Shown piece by piece: positions 34,735-45,319 of a stretch of DNA of 64,000 nt. The stretch lies in assembly GCA_030295235.1 (NCBI GenBank), contig AP026145.1:1-64000 (forward strand). The letters are read 5' to 3'. The DNA is from Fistulifera solaris (lineage: Eukaryota). The position numbers were made by a program, and so were the translations under genes. Under the pieces are notes generated by a model, which searched no databases, was not told the DNA's origin, and saw only the letters and a list, made by a program, of their open reading frames with translations. The stretch's first letter is position 1, and each line of letters begins with the position of its first letter.

Positions 34735-35658
34735 ATGTACGTTGTCGTACTACGCAATGTTGCGCCGAAGGCAGCGAATTGCTTCCAATGGAGAGATGTT
34801 GGTCGTTTGTTTGAATCTCTGAATGCTGAAGACCAAGTATCATGGTGCATCGAGCAGAACAAATCAAATAGTCCCGATCCGCGGCCCTCTGCGTTTCTTT
34901 CCCCTCTAGTGACCCAAGATCGCGCTTATTGCAGTTTCTTGGTACAGAAGGATGCGGTGCACTACGAAGCCGTTTTACAGCAACTTCCGTTTACGAAAGT
35001 CAAGGGAGCTGAATGCTATTACGAAAAAGCCCTGTGGATCTTTTTTGGAAGAAATCCATTGGGTCATGCAGCACTGACAGGCCGTCCCGAGCACACCGAT
35101 TCGGTATCACATGATGGCACGTGGCACTATCAACTTTCTGGTAGCAAAGAGTGGTACATTCGTCCATCTTCTCAGTTACTGGAACTCTGGCGGGAAGAAG
35201 GAAAGGAAAGTAGGTTTTCTTTTGGTAATGACACTGAGTTTCACATTGTTTGTGAAGAAGGAGATGTCATTTTGATCAATACTCGTCTGTGGTTCCATCG
35301 TACCGAGCTTCCTGCTAGTATCGTACCTTCCGTTTCCTACGCGCGTGATTTCCGTTGGCACGGTTCTTCTCATCAAGATGGTGGAATGACCAATGTCGAT
35401 GGCTTGTATGCAACCGAAGACATTGAAGCAGGGACGATAGTATTTACCGAAAAGGACATGCCGTATTGCGAGCTCCATCGATCCTCGACGAATCCGAATT
35501 GTGAAGTGGTTGAGCTGGAGGACGGAACGGGTGCGATTGCCGCATTACGCAACATTCAGGCGGGTGAATTCTTTTGCATTGCCGAATCAGATGACGATGG
35601 CGACGACGACGACAATGAGGAGGAGGAAGAAGAGGACGATGATGAAGAGTGTGAATAA
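34735..35658 (+). CDS. JmjC/cupin 2OG-Fe(II) oxygenase with a C-terminal minimal SET-like domain and an acidic tail; true 5' end uncertain
   Basis: HTDSVSHDGTWHYQLSGSKEW, EGDVILINTRLWFH; SET-like GLYATEDIEAG, HRSSTNPNC, ALRNIQAGE. Confidence 0.75.
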   Translation: MYVVVLRNVAPKAANCFQWRDVGRLFESLNAEDQVSWCIEQNKSNSPDPRPSAFLSPLVTQDRAYCSFLVQKDAVHYEAVLQQLPFTKVKGAECYYEKALWIFFGRNPLGHAALTGRPEHTDSVSHDGTWHYQLSGSKEWYIRPSSQLLELWREEGKESRFSFGNDTEFHIVCEEGDVILINTRLWFHRTELPASIVPSVSYARDFRWHGSSHQDGGMTNVDGLYATEDIEAGTIVFTEKDMPYCELHRSSTNPNCEVVELEDGTGAIAALRNIQAGEFFCIAESDDDGDDDDNEEEEEEDDDEECE

Positions 35659-35696
35659 CCATGGGACGTAATAAATACAGTTTACTACTGGTATTG

Positions 35697-36530
35697 CTAG
35701 GACGCGTCATCAATCATAGATTCCAAATTCAGTGCCTTGGCTAGTCGTTTCGAAGATTCCTTACCAATGTCGTTGTTGTCGGCGTATAGGTGTTGCAGTA
35801 TGATACTAGAGCGGTCGCGTTCCAGAGCATTAATGAAATGCTCGGCCCCTTCAATTCCGATGCGATTCCCTTCCAAATAGAGCTTTGTAATTTGTGAATG
35901 CGGCAAAATGTGTGCCAAAGCTTGTGCTCCAGCTGGACCAATCCGATTGGCTCCCAGAAAGACTTGTTCGACGTTCGAAGATTCAAGCAATGTTGCGAGT
36001 GTCGTGGCACCCGCATCCTGTAGATTGTTTCCCTCTAAATAGAGAAATCGCAAGGTATTTGGTAAGGAAGGCCATCCTTGCAAACCTGCTGCGCCGATAT
36101 CATTGTAACGGAGATCGATCTTAATGAGTTGCGTCGCCGACGACAGAAACTGTGTGACAGCAATTGCACCTTCATCCCGTAAACCGAGTCCTCCGAGAAA
36201 CAGGTGCTGAATGGAAGGAGCGACTTTGGCAAGAATATTCATTACCTCAGCGACCGGCAAATCCGTTCCTCCTAAATTCAGCGTTTGCAAGTATGGGAAA
36301 TGATCAAAAGCTGTGATATCGATATTGCGGATTCGTTTGGTTCCCAAATTTAGAGACACTACATTGTGCTGATTGTTGTCAAATTGTATGACAGGTTCTT
36401 GAAACGAAGGCTCACAAGCGGAAACATAAACTGCATCTAATGACACAATGCCGTCCTTTTCTAGTTTCTTTAAGCCTTGAAGAGACTCATCGCTTATAGT
36501 GCTGATATTTCCTGTTGCTGCTGTTGTCAT
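35697..36530 (-). CDS. Ribonuclease-inhibitor-like leucine-rich repeat protein
   Basis: Repeated LxLxxNxIGxxGAxxLA units. Confidence 0.88.
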   Translation of the reverse strand: MTTAATGNISTISDESLQGLKKLEKDGIVSLDAVYVSACEPSFQEPVIQFDNNQHNVVSLNLGTKRIRNIDITAFDHFPYLQTLNLGGTDLPVAEVMNILAKVAPSIQHLFLGGLGLRDEGAIAVTQFLSSATQLIKIDLRYNDIGAAGLQGWPSLPNTLRFLYLEGNNLQDAGATTLATLLESSNVEQVFLGANRIGPAGAQALAHILPHSQITKLYLEGNRIGIEGAEHFINALERDRSSIILQHLYADNNDIGKESSKRLAKALNLESMIDDAS

Positions 36531-37019
36531 TTTGACCGATTATAATAATCGTTCACATTCTACACATTTAAAAAAATAAATAAATAAAACAATGACAACA
36601 CCGTGTTGCTTCGTCGAAGGAAAAGAGCGTGGTTGCGGTCGCGCAAAAACATCTCAATCAGAACTTCCGTAGTGTTAACCTTATGGTGAAAAGCAAAAAC
36701 GTATTTACTATGGACGCAAATGTAGATCAACGTATCCAAGACTGCAATTCAGTCATGAATTCATTTTTTTCGAGCGGCAATGTTGCCTAGTCTCTAGTCT
36801 AGAGTCTACTGTACATTTCAGTCGTTCAGAATAATTTCTTAAGCTCCAATTGTCGTTGTTGCAGTGAAGTAGGCTTGTGCAGCATTTACATTACACGTCC
36901 TTGTATTATTGGTCGAAGACGCCTTGTCGTCCGTATCTAATGAAGTGTTGTTCGATATTTCGCCACAACTGCAGTCCAGTTTATGAATAATGTTACTTGT
37001 ACTGGGTTCTCCAGTCTCC

Positions 37020-37243
37020 AGACTCCAGAAAATGTGGGCCCGTAATATTTTCAAGTGTCCAGAAAATGTGGGTGAGTAATATTTTCACGTGTTTTGAAAA
37101 TGTGGGCGCGTAATATTTTCACATATCCAGAAAATGTGGGAGAGTGATATTTTCACGAAATATTTTCACGTCTCCAGAAAATGTGGGGGCGTGATATTTT
37201 CACGGTGTAATGCTTTCACGTCTCCAGAAAATGTGGGAGAGTA
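37020..37243. repeat. 34-bp minisatellite (TCCAGAAAATGTGGGnnnGT(A/G)ATATTTTCACG), about 6 units
   Basis: Units start at about 37024, 37058, 37092 and 37126, followed by two longer variants. Confidence 0.9.
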
Positions 37244-37310
37244 TAGTGGGAATGATGTTTTTGAACCGCGCATCAAAGTGTCATAGACATTTGACAAAAC
37301 AAACGATACA

Positions 37311-38357
37311 ATGATGATGAAGTTTACTACATCCATCTTACTCTTTACCTTCTACTTTATTGTTGTTTTGCGTGTTGAAAGCTTCTCGACAAAATTGCGC
37401 TTTCACCTGTCGACAAAAGCTTCAACAGTTCAAAGATTTTCCGCAACAGCATCGACGACATCTTTCACCGTCGGAGCTCCTTTGCCGTTTAACACTGCTT
37501 TTAACGGCTTAGAAAAAGTTCATTCTGATCCTGATATCTATATTCTGCATAATTTTTTACCCGATGACGCCTGTAATGATATGATCGAACAGGCAAAAGC
37601 GAAAGGAGACATGACACAATCTCCTACCGCGTACGCTGGCTGGACCCAGGATAGTCGCGATTTAATCGAATTGGCGGCAAAAGGACCCGTAGTGTGGCTT
37701 GCGCTCTTGACGGCATGGTATCCGACGACACAACAACCCGAACAACAGCAAATGATGACGTTAATAGTTCATGCTTTGCAGAATTATCTCGTCTTTTTTG
37801 CTCTGGCTTTGGCGGCCGTGACGGCGTTTACTCAATCGAGAGCCAAAGGACTGCAAGCGCTACGGACGAGTACTTCTACTACTTTGGATGATCTAACATA
37901 TCCGAACTCGGGTGCTAAACTGTTTGTACAACAGGCGGCTCGACTCTTTTCTTCGTCTTCTTCGTCACTCAAACAACAAGCACGTTACTTTGAAGCGCCG
38001 ACTATCATCCGCTATGAAGCGGGTCAATTACTGGCTCCACACTACGATGCTAATCGATCCGCAGCCATCGAAGATGCGAATCGGGGCGGACAGACTTTGG
38101 CGACTTTACTGGTGTATTTGAATAATGTTCCGCAGGGAGGTGCGACCCGGTTTGGAAAACTGGATTTGATGGTACAACCGACTCGAGGCGATGCCTTGCT
38201 GTTCTTTCCTGCTGATGCTAATGGATGCTTTGACGAACGAACGGAACATGAAGGATGTCCGGCGGTTGATGAAAAGTGGATCGCTCGAATTTGGAGACAC
38301 GAAGCGAGAGCTCCGCCGCCGTTTGGCTTGTCGGAGAAAATGCTAGCTCTCTTGTGA
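37311..38357 (+). CDS. Prolyl-4-hydroxylase-like 2OG-Fe(II) oxygenase with a probable bipartite plastid presequence
   Basis: PDIYILHNFL, RTSTS, PHYD, TLLVYLN..GGATRF, HEGCP..EKWIAR; signal peptide ending VES-F. Confidence 0.85.
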   Translation: MMMKFTTSILLFTFYFIVVLRVESFSTKLRFHLSTKASTVQRFSATASTTSFTVGAPLPFNTAFNGLEKVHSDPDIYILHNFLPDDACNDMIEQAKAKGDMTQSPTAYAGWTQDSRDLIELAAKGPVVWLALLTAWYPTTQQPEQQQMMTLIVHALQNYLVFFALALAAVTAFTQSRAKGLQALRTSTSTTLDDLTYPNSGAKLFVQQAARLFSSSSSSLKQQARYFEAPTIIRYEAGQLLAPHYDANRSAAIEDANRGGQTLATLLVYLNNVPQGGATRFGKLDLMVQPTRGDALLFFPADANGCFDERTEHEGCPAVDEKWIARIWRHEARAPPPFGLSEKMLALL

Positions 38358-38412
38358 ATGCAATTGTAAAGGGAATATTCGGAAAGACAGTAAAATCACT
38401 TTCTAACCATAT

Positions 38413-41400
38413 TTATGACCAGTTGGAAGGCAGCTGTTCCTTTGAAAATCCTTTGCTGCTGTTGCCCTCAAAGCTTGCCAAGCTGCCTTCATCGTGTTTC
38501 AAAATAATGCACTTCGTAGCCCTCTGAGATGAAAAGGTACAGTTTCGGATTGTGGCAGAACCTTTAGCCATTACCTCAAAACATGCTGTTTTAATTTGTG
38601 TCATCCGGCATTTCGTGAGATTGATTTTCCCAGCATCTGTGCAAAAAATACCCTTTTGCAGCTCTGAATGTAACACTGTGAATTCGTAACAGACACGCGG
38701 GGGTTTAGTGACTATGCTAAAGATTTCAGATACAGGAGAGCGCCTTCAGCATCATTGCACTTACTCCTTCCAAATGAAGAGCCCCCGCATTTGATAGTAC
38801 GACACCGCCATCACCGTTTCTCAACAAAGTATTTTTCCATGTACCCTTACAATTGCTGGCTACTACGACATGATCGTTTCCGCCGTCATTGTCAAGAACA
38901 CATTCAAATATGTCCAGTCTGCTTCCAGTCTCAAGTCGTAATAGTGTTTTCTTCGTAGAATTACTAGTACCAAGTTTTGGCCTTCGGAACGTAATGCCCT
39001 CACAAAAACCACCCCTAGCTTTCCAAACAAGAGTCCCACCCATTTCAATCGTGACGTTTGCAGGATTGTGTTCGTCGCCTATTAAGCGGATAGGATGTTG
39101 CAGCTCTAAGTTGTCGTTCACCCAGTAATGGCCATCGCCAAGTTCTAAAATATCAAAAATGAACTCTGAGAATATTATCTGGTTCGATGTAAACAAGTTC
39201 ACGTGATCACTCACCTATTGTGTCACCAGGAAGTGAAGCGGCTACTGCATCTGCAATGTTCCGGTAATGGTTTCGTTCAATCTTACTGTCTTCTCTAGTG
39301 TAAGCGCCCATCTCCACAGGGTAAACATGTCTGACAAACGAGAGATCACATGATGCTTTTTTTCCAATGACGGCACATCAGCGAAGCGTGCTGCCGGTCG
39401 GGGTATGGAACGAGATAGGTCATAATGTGAACAAGCGTTTGATGAGGAAGGGCGCTCCATCGTTCGAGAATAGCGCGGTCAAGAGCTTCCAACTCAATGA
39501 GTGCCTTCGGCTTATCCCAGGTGGCTTCACCCGAATCCACGTTGTACCAAAACGGAGCTTGAGTCAACGCATCACGACGAGGCTCCCAATCTTGACCGGT
39601 AATCTTTCGTAGCTTTTTATTCGCTCTTAAACGTGCTCTTTCTCGAAGAAACATAGATCGCTGGCGTACTAAATCGTCGGGCTCTGGAAACGTTGCCAGC
39701 AAATCCCCATCCTCCATGGCTCGTTGCTCATCCAACATTTTCTCTTGCTGAATGTCATCCACGTTCACCTCTTCCGCTTGTTCTTGCGAAGCAACCTGTA
39801 ATCTTTGCTGTTCCATGACAGCATAAATTGAATAGAACGGATCCACATTCCTACGAAAATTCAAACCATATCTTTCCATCGGTGACAGCGAAGCTTCCAC
39901 TGACGCAGGGTCAGCGCCTACTTGATCTTGCCATGCTGCAAACTCCTTTTCCAACTCAAAGTCGTCGTCTGGTCTACTATCTTTAGCAAGCTCCTTTTGT
40001 CCTTTTTCTTTATTGCTTTCCGGAGGCTTATTTGCAGGGTCATCATCGGGATCTGAATCGTTAGTATATTCGATCGATTCATCAAACTCTTTCAATTCAT
40101 CTTCAGCTTCCTTTTGCGCTCCTTTCAAGGCGTTCACGTCATCTGCATCTTCCAAACAAGCCATGGCTGACTCCATTTCTTCCTTGGCTTTTTCGTCAAC
40201 AAGTTCCTTTTCAATGCCGTCCTCCGCGACATCTTCCATCTCCGATTTAATCCCCAGAATCGCTCTCAGTCCGCCCTTCGAATAAATGCCACTTGATTCA
40301 GCGTTTTTCGTTCGTTCCTCTCTATTGTTGAGTGAAGAGGCGTCGAAACATCCTTCATCCATGACAAGCCTGTCCAAATTCTTCTTCTGCTTCGCTTTAA
40401 GTAAAATGTTCTCTTCGATAGTGTGCTCCGTAATTAGCCGATAGATATGAACTTCGCGTGTTTGGCCGATTCTGTGGGCGCGATCCTGTTTGCAAAACAT
40501 GTTAGATAGGGATATCGCGAATACTCGGACAGAAAAGTTAACTTACTGTAGCTTGGGCGTCCATCGCCGCTAGAAAATCAGAGTGAACCTGTGAGTGAAT
40601 CTTAATCATGCACAAGCTGATACTTTTACATTAGCGATCAAATTACTTACGATTCCTATTGATCACGTTCAAAAAAGTATGCAGTCGATGAGGTAAAGCA
40701 ATCTAAAAGCAATGAAATCGGCATTGGGCAAAAGATCACTTACCAGTCGTTGTCATAGAATATCACTGTGTCAGCTCCCGTGAGATTTATCCCCATCCCA
40801 CCACTTCTGGTGCTTAAAATGAAACAAAATACTCTGGGATCATTGTTGAAGCGGTCCATCAACCGCTGCCGCCGGTCTACGCCCGTAGCTCCGTCTAGGC
40901 GGAGATACGAGTGACCATTCAAATTCAAAAACGCCTCCAAAATGTCAAGCATCTTACTCATTTGAGTAAAAATGAGAGCTCTGTGACCGCCCCGTTTAAG
41001 CTCACGAAGAAGCTCTGCTAGTGTTTGAAGCTTCCCAGAGTCGAACTGCACCAATTTTTTGTCAGGAAAAACGAGGTTAAAGCCGTATGCGCCCGTTGAA
41101 AAGAAGAAAGGTTCTGCTCTAAGACATGAGCAAGCTCTTCTTTTGCATCCTTTACCGGCTGAACATTGGGTGAAGCGCAGAGTATTCTTGCAGGCTGCCC
41201 GCCTGCTTTGGGTACACAGAAAACGAACTTTCGAATAAGTATATCTAAATCATCCGCCCTTTCTTGTTGTGTGCGTCGCAACGCGAGAAGCTGCGATGGT
41301 GAAGACATCTCATCGAGCTGCCAAATTTTCATTGGTTCGCGATGATTCGTAACCAGGCGGAGAAGTCTCTCCGTGTAAGGAAATTCGAAAGCCGAGCATC

Positions 41401-44400
41401 TCCGGTTGTTGATATTTCTTAGAAATTTCCTATGTTCTGCTTTGTCAAGAAGTTCAGCTTCTCTCAACTTCTTTGCAAGTTGTATTAAACAAAGAGGACT
41501 GTTTTTATCATACTCTTCAACGGTATCAGTTGTCAGTTCAAAAGCCGATTCAAGCTTCAAAAGCATGTTTGATTCTATGCGATTATGCTGAGTTGCTGCT
41601 GCGAGGGAAGGAAGCCCATAGCTGCCACACCATAGTGGTTTCGTCAACGAAACCGTCACTGAATCAAACCCATCACAAGTGGCGATCGCATTAATTGCAA
41701 GAGCTGGCACTTCCATCAAAATCGGATCAAGTACAAATGGAGTAATAACAGATCGCGGCTCAAAAAGATCAGGGTGATTACACACCTTGCAAGTGAAGCT
41801 CAGCGATAAGAAAAGAAGATGCACAAAACACAGGTAGACAAGAGTGTGACGATACTTACCTTTCGAAGTTGCATCAAAACATTCATCATACCCATGTAAT
41901 TTCCACCCTTTTTCAGCGCCTGTCTGGTTGACGATCGTGCCATAAACTCCTCATAGATAAACATCTTTGGAAAATGTAAGGAAGACCTTTCGACCAAAGA
42001 GTTTGATAACACCATAGCAACTTACCTGTCGCCGTGAAAGCTGACATTTTATTATATGCTCGAATTTACCGGGCATTTGGGTTTCTACATCCTTCTTCAG
42101 ACGTCTCAAAACAAAGGGACGGATAATTCCGTGCAAGCGATTCATCATGTCGTCATTTTGATTAGATTTTCCTTCGATCAGATTGTTCGTAGGGTTCGCG
42201 AACCAGAATGAAAATTCTTTTCGCGAACGGAAAATGTGCGGCATGAGGAAATGCAGGAGAGACCACAGCTCCATTAAATTATTTTGAAGAGGCGTTCCAG
42301 TCAAGAGAAGCCGTCTCTGCGTGTTAAACGTTATAAGCGTTTGCCATCGCTGCGACTGAAAATTTTTGATGTTTTGTGCTTCATCCAGGACAAGGTAATA
42401 CCACCGTTTACGTTTGAAAGCAAATGCATCTTGCACCGCAAGCTGATACGAAGTTATGACAACATGGTACCAATTGCTTTTTGTCCAACCTGTTCTAAGC
42501 TCCTTTCTTCTCTTTACCGACCCGTAGTAACAAAGAACCTTAAAACCGGGCGCAAATCGCTTAAGCTCCGTTTCCCAGTTTAAGATTACCGAGGTGGGAA
42601 CAACAATTAAGTGTGGACCCCAGATTCCTTTGTAAGAAGCGAGATACGCCAATAGAGATATCGTTTGTAGTGTTTTCCCGAGACCCATCTCTGCGCAACC
42701 AAAGAAGTAAGAAGTATTATGTGGAAGCAAATACAAATGACTCGTGACACGTACCATCGGCAAGGATTCCGTTCAACATCCTTGCTTGAAGAGATACCAG
42801 CCAACCAAGGCCCGCATGTTGATATTCGCGAAGCTTGACTGACGGCGACAAGAGAAAGGGTCGGCTTACGCTAGCAATAGTAGTAGCCGCTTCTGACCTG
42901 ATACAATTCACCTCCTCCGTGGCTGATTTGACTTCCCCCAAGCGGCTTTTCTTATTCGATTCATGTTGAATTGATTGGGGTCGTTTTTCTCCCGCCCGCT
43001 GTTTTGTTTCATCTCCGGAAAGTCCATATAGTTCTCTAAGTTCTGCCAGTGACATGTTGTTCTCGTCATTGAGCCTGGATATTTCTTCTTCGACCGTCAT
43101 CTCTCGTCCTAAGAGCTCCTCTGCAGCAATGGTCGTTTCATCGTCTACCTCCATCGCATCCGGTTCATATTCACCATCCGATTCCGATTTTTCACTCAGC
43201 TCGTCGTCATCTTGCTGAGATGCTTCACCGTCACTGGAGCTATCATTTACGCCAACATACATCGCCCGCAATTCCTCAATTGACATTTGGCTTTCTCGCT
43301 TCAGAATGTCAAGTTCTTCTTCGTACGTCATTTCCCGACCTAGCTTTTCCTCCGCCTCCATCGTCGCTTCATCATCTACGTCGTGCTCCTCTGGTTCATA
43401 ATCATCGTCTTGATTATCACCTTCCCGAACAGGGCCCACCAACGCATGAAGTGTCAATTTGAGGTTCATATCGACGTCACTACTGCTCTCGTCGTCCTCA
43501 TCGCTTTCGTCACCAGCATCGTCAACTTCATCTTGTTCACTTTCAATCCCAGCATTGTTGTTACTTTGATACATTTGCCTTAGTTGCTCAATAGGAATTT
43601 CACTTTCGTTACGAAGAAGGGCAAGTTCCTCCTCGTAAGTGATGTCCCGGCCCATCTTTTCTTCGGCTATTAAAGTGGTTTCATCATCTAAAGCCTCCCC
43701 ATCTGGAACGAAGTCGCCATCGTCATCCACGTTGTCTCCTTCCATTTCTTCCGGGTCAAACGACGATTCTGCTTCGTCAGTCTCTTGTTGCGCAAATGCT
43801 TCTGCATACCGTCGTCGCAACTCTTCTACTGGCAGCTCACTTTCACTTTGCAACATTGCGAGTTCTTGTTCCGCCGTCATCTCCTGTGGTAGTCGCTCTT
43901 CTTCCATCATGGTCGTTTCGTCATCGACGGGCTCTTCGGTCATTTCATAATCGTCTTGGTCATCTTGATCGTCGTCATTGTAATCCTCCACATCACTGGC
44001 ATCCTGATCATCGTCAGCATCTTCTCCTGGATCGAGCTTCACGGGTGGAGACCCCGTTTCAGAAGATGACCTGCTAGGAATGCTTTGAATGTCGGGTTCA
44101 GCCGCAAAACGTACTTTCCTCGAGGGTCGATCGCTTTCCTCATCGCTACTGCTGCTAACGCTATTGGTGTTCAATTCTAGATGACCAGAATCCCTCGCTT
44201 CTTGTTGAAATCGTTGCAATACTTGCTCAATCGGCATTTCCATTTCTTGTCGTAATTTGTGAATTTCCTCAGGATCAGGAACAAAGGCCCCAGTTCCCAA
44301 TTGTCGTTCTTGTGCTTCTTCTGTTTCCGCTTGCAGCAATGTCGTTTCATCATCCGACGAATCGGTCTCCAGAGTAAACGTCGCATCCGATCCCGAGTCA

Positions 44401-45081
44401 TCGGTCGATTCTCCGTATAAGACATCCGGTTGCATGCGAAATTGCGCATAATCTTTGATTCGTTGTTTCGATCGTCGTGATCCTTTTGCAACGCTTGTTC
44501 CATGACTCCATCAACAACACACACATTTCCCAACTTTTGCGTATAGCGTTCCGTTAGTTGTACTAATTTGACCAATTGCTGATTCATTTCACGTTGCCGT
44601 TGTTGATCTGCCTTTATTTTTTTGTTGATAGGCAATGACTTTTTCCAATTGCGTCCACCACTGCTGAACTCGTGACGCATGTCGATTGGCGACTTTTCGT
44701 TGTTTTTGCCGTGCCGCTTGACATTGCCGCTGTCGCCGTTGTTCTCGATTTGCCAAGTCTTGTACAACCGCATTCGCAATCTTCTTTCGACCGGCTTTGT
44801 GTCGTTTTCGCTCCGCCGTGAAATCGGCCGCGAGCCATTGCATTTCTTTAATTAAATAATCCCAGTGTGTGTCGGTCTTTTCGACTGTCATTACAACATC
44901 TGAAGATGACTCGGTTTGACTAGCTGTTGCAGTGGTAGTTGTCGTTTTGTTGTTGCTGTTGGTTTCGCTTCGCGAGAGGCTCTACAGTGACAGCTGGAAG
45001 ACGTTCCTGGATCACAGAGTGACGATACAAAAGTTCATCGTACGTCCAATCGCTCCAGTCCATCGCGTTAGGATCGCTCAT
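38413..45081 (-). CDS. SWR1: SWR1/SRCAP/PIE1-type SNF2 chromatin remodeller (HSA, acidic repeats, split ATPase) with C-terminal WW, F-box and beta-helix; multi-exon with frameshifts
   Basis: HSA [103 protein letters not shown]. Confidence 0.9.
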
Positions 45082-45319
45082 TGTTGCAAATTATTGTGTA
45101 TTTAGAAGGATGATATCAGTGTATGTATTACGCAATAAAGGAATATTCAAACTATACCTGGTAACAATGTTTCCTATACCAGTATCGGAGGGATGCGAGA
45201 GCAGGCGAGAGCGCTTTTATTCGTCGTTTCGTCGTCGCCCCAACTTTTCGACTGTCCGTCGTAAGTCATGAAATCCACTGAAGTCTTTTTTACATTAAGG
45301 TTAACGTTTGGGGATCACG

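Noticed and set aside
37020..37243. CRISPR-like short palindromic repeats
   Set aside because: Units are head-to-tail with only a few variable bases and no unique spacers; this is a minisatellite
1557..44891. Calling the frameshifted genes pseudogenes or programmed frameshifts
   Set aside because: Indels are spread across unrelated and essential genes, mostly at homopolymers, with catalytic motifs intact, so assembly error is more parsimonious
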